64,000 nucleotides of DNA. Origin: an uncultured Clostridia bacterium. GTDB taxonomy: Bacteria > Bacillota > Clostridia > Christensenellales > UBA1242. Below the pieces are notes generated by a model. The model saw only the letters and a program-made list of their open reading frames with translations, was not told the origin of the DNA and ran no database searches. This document shows, in pieces, positions 55,801-61,800 of this stretch. The stretch is from assembly GCA_944332185.1 (NCBI GenBank), contig CALVJJ010000004.1:5768-69767 (forward strand), written 5' to 3'. A program made the position numbers and the translations under genes. Numbering within the stretch: position 1 is the stretch's first letter; each line of letters begins with the position of its first letter.

Positions 55801-58800
55801 CAATAAAGGTGGCACGATTGAAGATCAAGTCACAGATGATCCATTCGTAGATGCTATCAGTATGACACAATTTGGAAGATATTCTTCCTTTACAGGTTTT
55901 GCATTTAATGGGGATTATCAAGAAAATACAGCAGAAAAAGTAGCAAGTGCAGTTTGGTTTATTCCAGAAATGAACGAATATGATAATTGTTTTAGTGAAG
56001 ATGCAACGGAAAATACAGAAGATTTGTATTTCAGTATTATGCAAAACAATTACTATTTCCCAGCTAGACCACAACTAGTCAGCGCTAATATCTTGACACG
56101 TTCTGTTTCTTATTTAGCAGGATCAAAAACTGACGAAGAGAATAATGTGATTTATAGTTATCAAAATGTGGCTGATGCAGAAGGTTCTATTACCAATCCA
56201 TATTTGGTCTATGATGCACAATTATTTGATACACGTATGCACGATGTTCAAACATTGCGACAAGAAAATACTTTGAATACTCAAGAAGGGAATAATACCT
56301 ATAATATTCGTTTAATACGTGATTTTAGTTATGCAGACAAATTAGATAGAAAAGCCACCACCTATGATGTCCTCTTTAGTGGGATCCTAGATGGAAATGG
56401 TATGGAAGTGCAAGATTTGACCATAACGGCCGCTAAAGATAGTGATACGACTGCAGATATTGTACAAGCTGGTTGGTTCGGTTCTATCGATCAAGGAACA
56501 GTCAAAAACTTGTTCATTGAAGTGGAAGAAGTTAGTGCTACCGGTGTACCTTTTGTAGGGGTATTATCTGGGGTGATTCATGATGCCAATGTCTTTAATG
56601 TGACAATCACACCAGCGAATGAAGATTCTTATATTAGTGGAAGCAATATCATCGGTGGCCTAGCAGGACTTATCTATGGAAAGTCCCAAATCATTGGTAT
56701 TACTTCTAATGTCAATATTACCTCTTATTTTAAGAGCGGATCTAATGAATTCAATTTTGAAAATTTGTATGGAGACAAAGGCACATTTGCCATTCTCAAT
56801 ATCAATGAAACAAAAGATGATTTTTCTGATCGTTATACCAATTACAACAAAGTATCTTATGTTGGTGGTATTGTGGGTGTCATGGATGCTGAACTTAACG
56901 AAATTGATGCCTATTCTGTGGCACAGGCACAGACCAGCCAAGCAAGAAGATTGTCTGTGGGTGATACGATCCAGTTAGCAGGCGAAATTGTAGGTGGTAT
57001 TATGGGATACATGGGTAAGAATGTCGTTAGTGTCAATGATGAGATTCAGTTATCCGAAGATGCAACCATGAGTATCATCGCTTCTCGTGTTGCAGGTGGT
57101 ATTATTGGAGAAAATCATGGTAGCTTACAAAGATCCTTTGTATCACATATTACGACTTTACAAAATAGTATTGATGAAGCACAAAAATTAGGTACTTATG
57201 ATACGAATAATTATCGTAATTTGTTTGGTACCGATCAAGATGGAAAAGGTACAAGCAGAAATGCACATTATATTGGTGGACTTGTAGGACTCAATATCAA
57301 TGGTGTCATTGAGAATAGTTATAACAAAGTACCAGTATATTCCTTAAATGCCTTGGCAAGTGGTGGACTTATTGGACTAAGTTTTGGTGGAAGTATTGTA
57401 TCTAGTTATACCACAGCTACTGTACGATCTTATGAAAGTGCTGGTGGACTCATTGGTAGAATGGGCGAATGGTATACTACGACAGCAGAAGATGTGACGA
57501 CAGTAGATAGTGAAAAAATACAATCTACTTATTACATCAAATTGCCAGCATCTTATTATACTATGGTGGATTTACCTACGATATTTGATGGTGGTGTGGC
57601 TGCAACAGTATGGAATACAGAAGATTTGCATGCAAAATTAAGAGCCAATGGCACACTCAATACATACTATTATCTGGGTGCTTATGTAGGCAAGTTAGAT
57701 TCACCTATCAGTAATTTAGAGAACAATGATGCTTCTATTATGGGAACGTCTAGTTATAGTAGAGCAAAACAAGAAGTCAATTATGCAACCAAAGTGGTTC
57801 TTGACTATAAGACGAATATTGGTACAGACGCTTCCATGATTCTAACAGAAACTGGTAGTGGGAATTTAGTCAAAGCTACAGATGGTACCTATGTTCCATA
57901 TATCACAGGAGGAGTATATTTACAGAATCCAACGAATGGAAAAGAAACTTATTATTTGTATAGAGATATGGGATATTTCTGTTCTTTGCGTACACAAGAA
58001 GAAATTATAGCTAGACGATTACTCTGGGAGAATGATACTGTTACATGGAATGGTAAGATATTTGCTGGAACAGAAGATCCAATTGTTGACAATGGACAGT
58101 TCAAACATGCAGACAAATTAAAATCTTCCACAACATCTATCTATAATTCCTTTATGGAAATGTATTGGAATGGCTTTGATATCAACGATGTCACTTTAGA
58201 TCCAATCGATGAAAGTTATCTATATCCAGCATTAAAGGCTGAAACATACGATTTGATTGTGTATGTGACAACTGTTGAAGATTTGAAAAAGATGGACGTC
58301 TATCCAGATGCTACATTTATTCTAATGAATGATATTGATTTGGGTGATGAACCTTGGGTGCCTCTCTGTCAAGATACCCCATTCAATGGTACATTACGAA
58401 GCAACGAAGGCAATGTGTATACCATTCACAATCTGTATTTTACAGCAGATTCTATCGGTATGACACAAAGCAATCCTATCAATTCTAATATTGGACTCAT
58501 TGCACAAGCAAAACGTGCAAAATTCGAAAACTTTAATTTAACTTTAAAAGACACCAATATTACAGAAGATAATGCTGTCAGTGTGAATGCAGGATATGGT
58601 TTGAATTATGGTAATCTAGTTGGAGTAGTGGTGGACAATAAGAAAACAACCACCTTTACGAATATTCAAATTGGAGCAGAACAAGAAAACAATGTATCCT
58701 TAACGTTAAAAAATATCAACACCTATGGTGGTGTTGTCGGTGCAGGAACCAACTTTACTTTAAGTAAGGTTACAGTTGGACCTTATCAGGTAGGTAGTAT

Positions 58801-61800
58801 TTCACATTCTGGCATAAGTGCTACTATACAAAGTTTAGTAAAAGATACTCAATTTGGGAATAATGCACAACAACATGGTATTGGTGGACTCATTGGATTG
58901 TATATTCAAGAAGGATATGAACCACTTTCTTTGCTAAGTACTGCAGTTTCTCATCATACTTGGGACATAGCAACAAGTGATGAAGGTAAAAACCATACTT
59001 CCATTGCTATGGGTGGAGCCATTGGATCTATCGTAGATTACAATTTAACCACCACAAGTGCAACCTATCAATTAGATGTATCTGTGAGCAACATATCTAT
59101 CAAAGATAACAGCACACAAGAAAACAATCAATATGCAATGGGTGGTGTCATTGGTAGTCTGACCGGGAATACGACTCTCAATACAAGTGAAGATACTTCC
59201 ATTACCACTTGGCAAATAGATGCTATTACCTTAGAAAATGTTAATACTTCTACTAATACTACTTCTTATATTGGTGGACTTGTGGGATATCAAAGTACAC
59301 ATAACAGTGCTAACAGCAATGATATTGTGTATAAGATACCATCTTATACGAAAGACAATGATATCACAATGAATGTGTTGGGTACATCTGTTGGTGGATT
59401 ATTTGGATATCTTAGTGGAGCATCTATCATAAGCAGTAGTGATGCTGTTACCACAATTCCTGAAAACTTCATGAATATTACGATAAAAGGGAAGATTGGG
59501 GATTTGGGTATATTAGCAGGAACATTTGTAAATGCTCAAGATATACAGAATATAAGTATTACACCTCAAACATTTAACTATGCGGGATTGTATCAAATTA
59601 CTAATTTTGGAACAGTCGCTGGTTCTATGACCGGAGGCACCATTGATGGTGTAACTGTACAAGATTACCAAAAAGCGCTCGTTGAAAACCAAGAAACGAA
59701 CCAACGATTATCCATCAATACCCTTGGTGGTATTGTGGGCAACAGTAATGGAACAATGATTCAAAATTGTTCTGTAACAGATGATGCTAACAAACGTGTT
59801 GACGCTAACAAACGTATTTATGCTAACACTCATGGTGGAATTGCTGGACAAAGTGTTTTAAGTGGTAGTACATGGTCTAATCTACAAGTAAACATTGCTG
59901 GGTTATCAGGAAATATTGCTGGTGGTATTGTAGGAAAAGTAGATAATACCATACAAGAAACATCACAATTAAATACCCGTACTACTGGATCCATTAGCCA
60001 AGTATTGACTAAAGGAAATATTTATCAATATTATGCATCAGCAGATACCATTTCTTGGTATACAAATGGGTATATGGGTGGTATCATTGGTCATCTATCT
60101 GCAAGTATTACCCTAGATCAAGCAGTCAGTGAAATGAATCTTATTTTAGATCGTACGAGCAAATATGTTGGTGGATTGGTTGGATACAATGCAGGAAGTA
60201 TTACTAATAGTTATAGCCAAGGATATCTCGATATCTCTGAAAGTTCCAAAGGTAATGAGAGCGCAACCGAGAATAATCCTGTATACTTAGGTGGATTGGT
60301 TGGGTACAATGCAGGAAGCATAGAAGATACCTATACTATTAGTCGTTATGTCTATGGATCGAATGTCACGATGTACTATGATACCACCAAAGGTGGACTT
60401 GTGGGAGACATGGCAACTAATGCTTCTATTAGTCGTAGTTATTACAGTACAGATATTACTCCTTATAGTAATGATTGGGGAAAAGGTCTCTATTTAGATG
60501 AAATATTGGGTAAATCATTTACAGAAACTACTTCAATAGAAAATACTTTGTGGGCATCAGATGGTATTACAGATACAACACCTCAACTAGCATGGACTAA
60601 AGATAAAAATATCACGACTTCTATCATATCTTCATCAGCAGCAACAACAGATACTATTAGTAATATTGTATACGATGTTGATGGATCGATCACTGTACAA
60701 GCAGTTGGGAAAACAGGATTCATCATTGCTCCTAGTGTAACAGTTGGTGGAAATAATGATGGTATGATCTTTGGTGGTAAGAATAAAGGTACATCATTAT
60801 CTATCACAGGGGATCAAAATGGAATTGTCGATTACTTTGTGGTATATAGTGAAGAATTTATTATTGACGGTAATCAAAAGGGATTACTTAACCGAGTCAG
60901 TTATACCGGAAGTAACAATATTGCAGATACTCTTGGCGGTATCTTACGCAATGTGGAGATCTTTACAACAAGTAATCTTGATTCGATATTAACTAACCAA
61001 GTCACATGGATAGATAGTATTGTGGCACAACAAGATGTAGACAATGCTACTGTGACGAATATGACCTTCTATCGAACTAAGAGTAAAACTGTCATAAGTC
61101 ATAATCCAGCTGATTATGTAGATCTTGGTGGATCTACAGATCTATGGATCATGATTCGTACATCCAATCAAAAAGTAGAAGACAATGATACCACTAGAAG
61201 AAAACTCAATTATGGATTCCCAGTCTTACGTTGGTCATTGCAAGATAGTTATACTATGGCTACAACTGATCAATTAAGTGATAAGTATTATTGGAAGTCT
61301 AATGATGACTTGGTCACAGATTTACAAAGTAATACATGGAATACCTACGATATTGATCTAGGCAACAAACTATGGACTCCATTAGCAACAACTACAACTA
61401 CACAATTAAGTGGGAATTTGCAAGGTGTAGCAGATCAAGGTGTGAGTACAACTATGTTAGACACCTTTGGAAAGAACTACACAGCAGATCGAGGACAGAC
61501 ACTGAATCGTATCTACAATATGACCATTTATTATCAAAACAAGATGATGGCAGAAACTGATATGACTAATCTTACGAATATTGGTTTATTCCAAACTTTG
61601 CCTAGTGTCAGTAATATTAGAATGGAGAATGCTCTCATCTTTGTACCAGATGGTACGGGTACAGCATTGAATGTTGGGACGGTAGCAGGGAAAGTTACAA
61701 GTTCTGCAACTAGACTTGCTTCTGTCAATAGTTCTATCTATGTAGGCAATGATCAATCTACTGTCGGTGGATTGATTGGATCTATGGAGGACAGTGGCAC

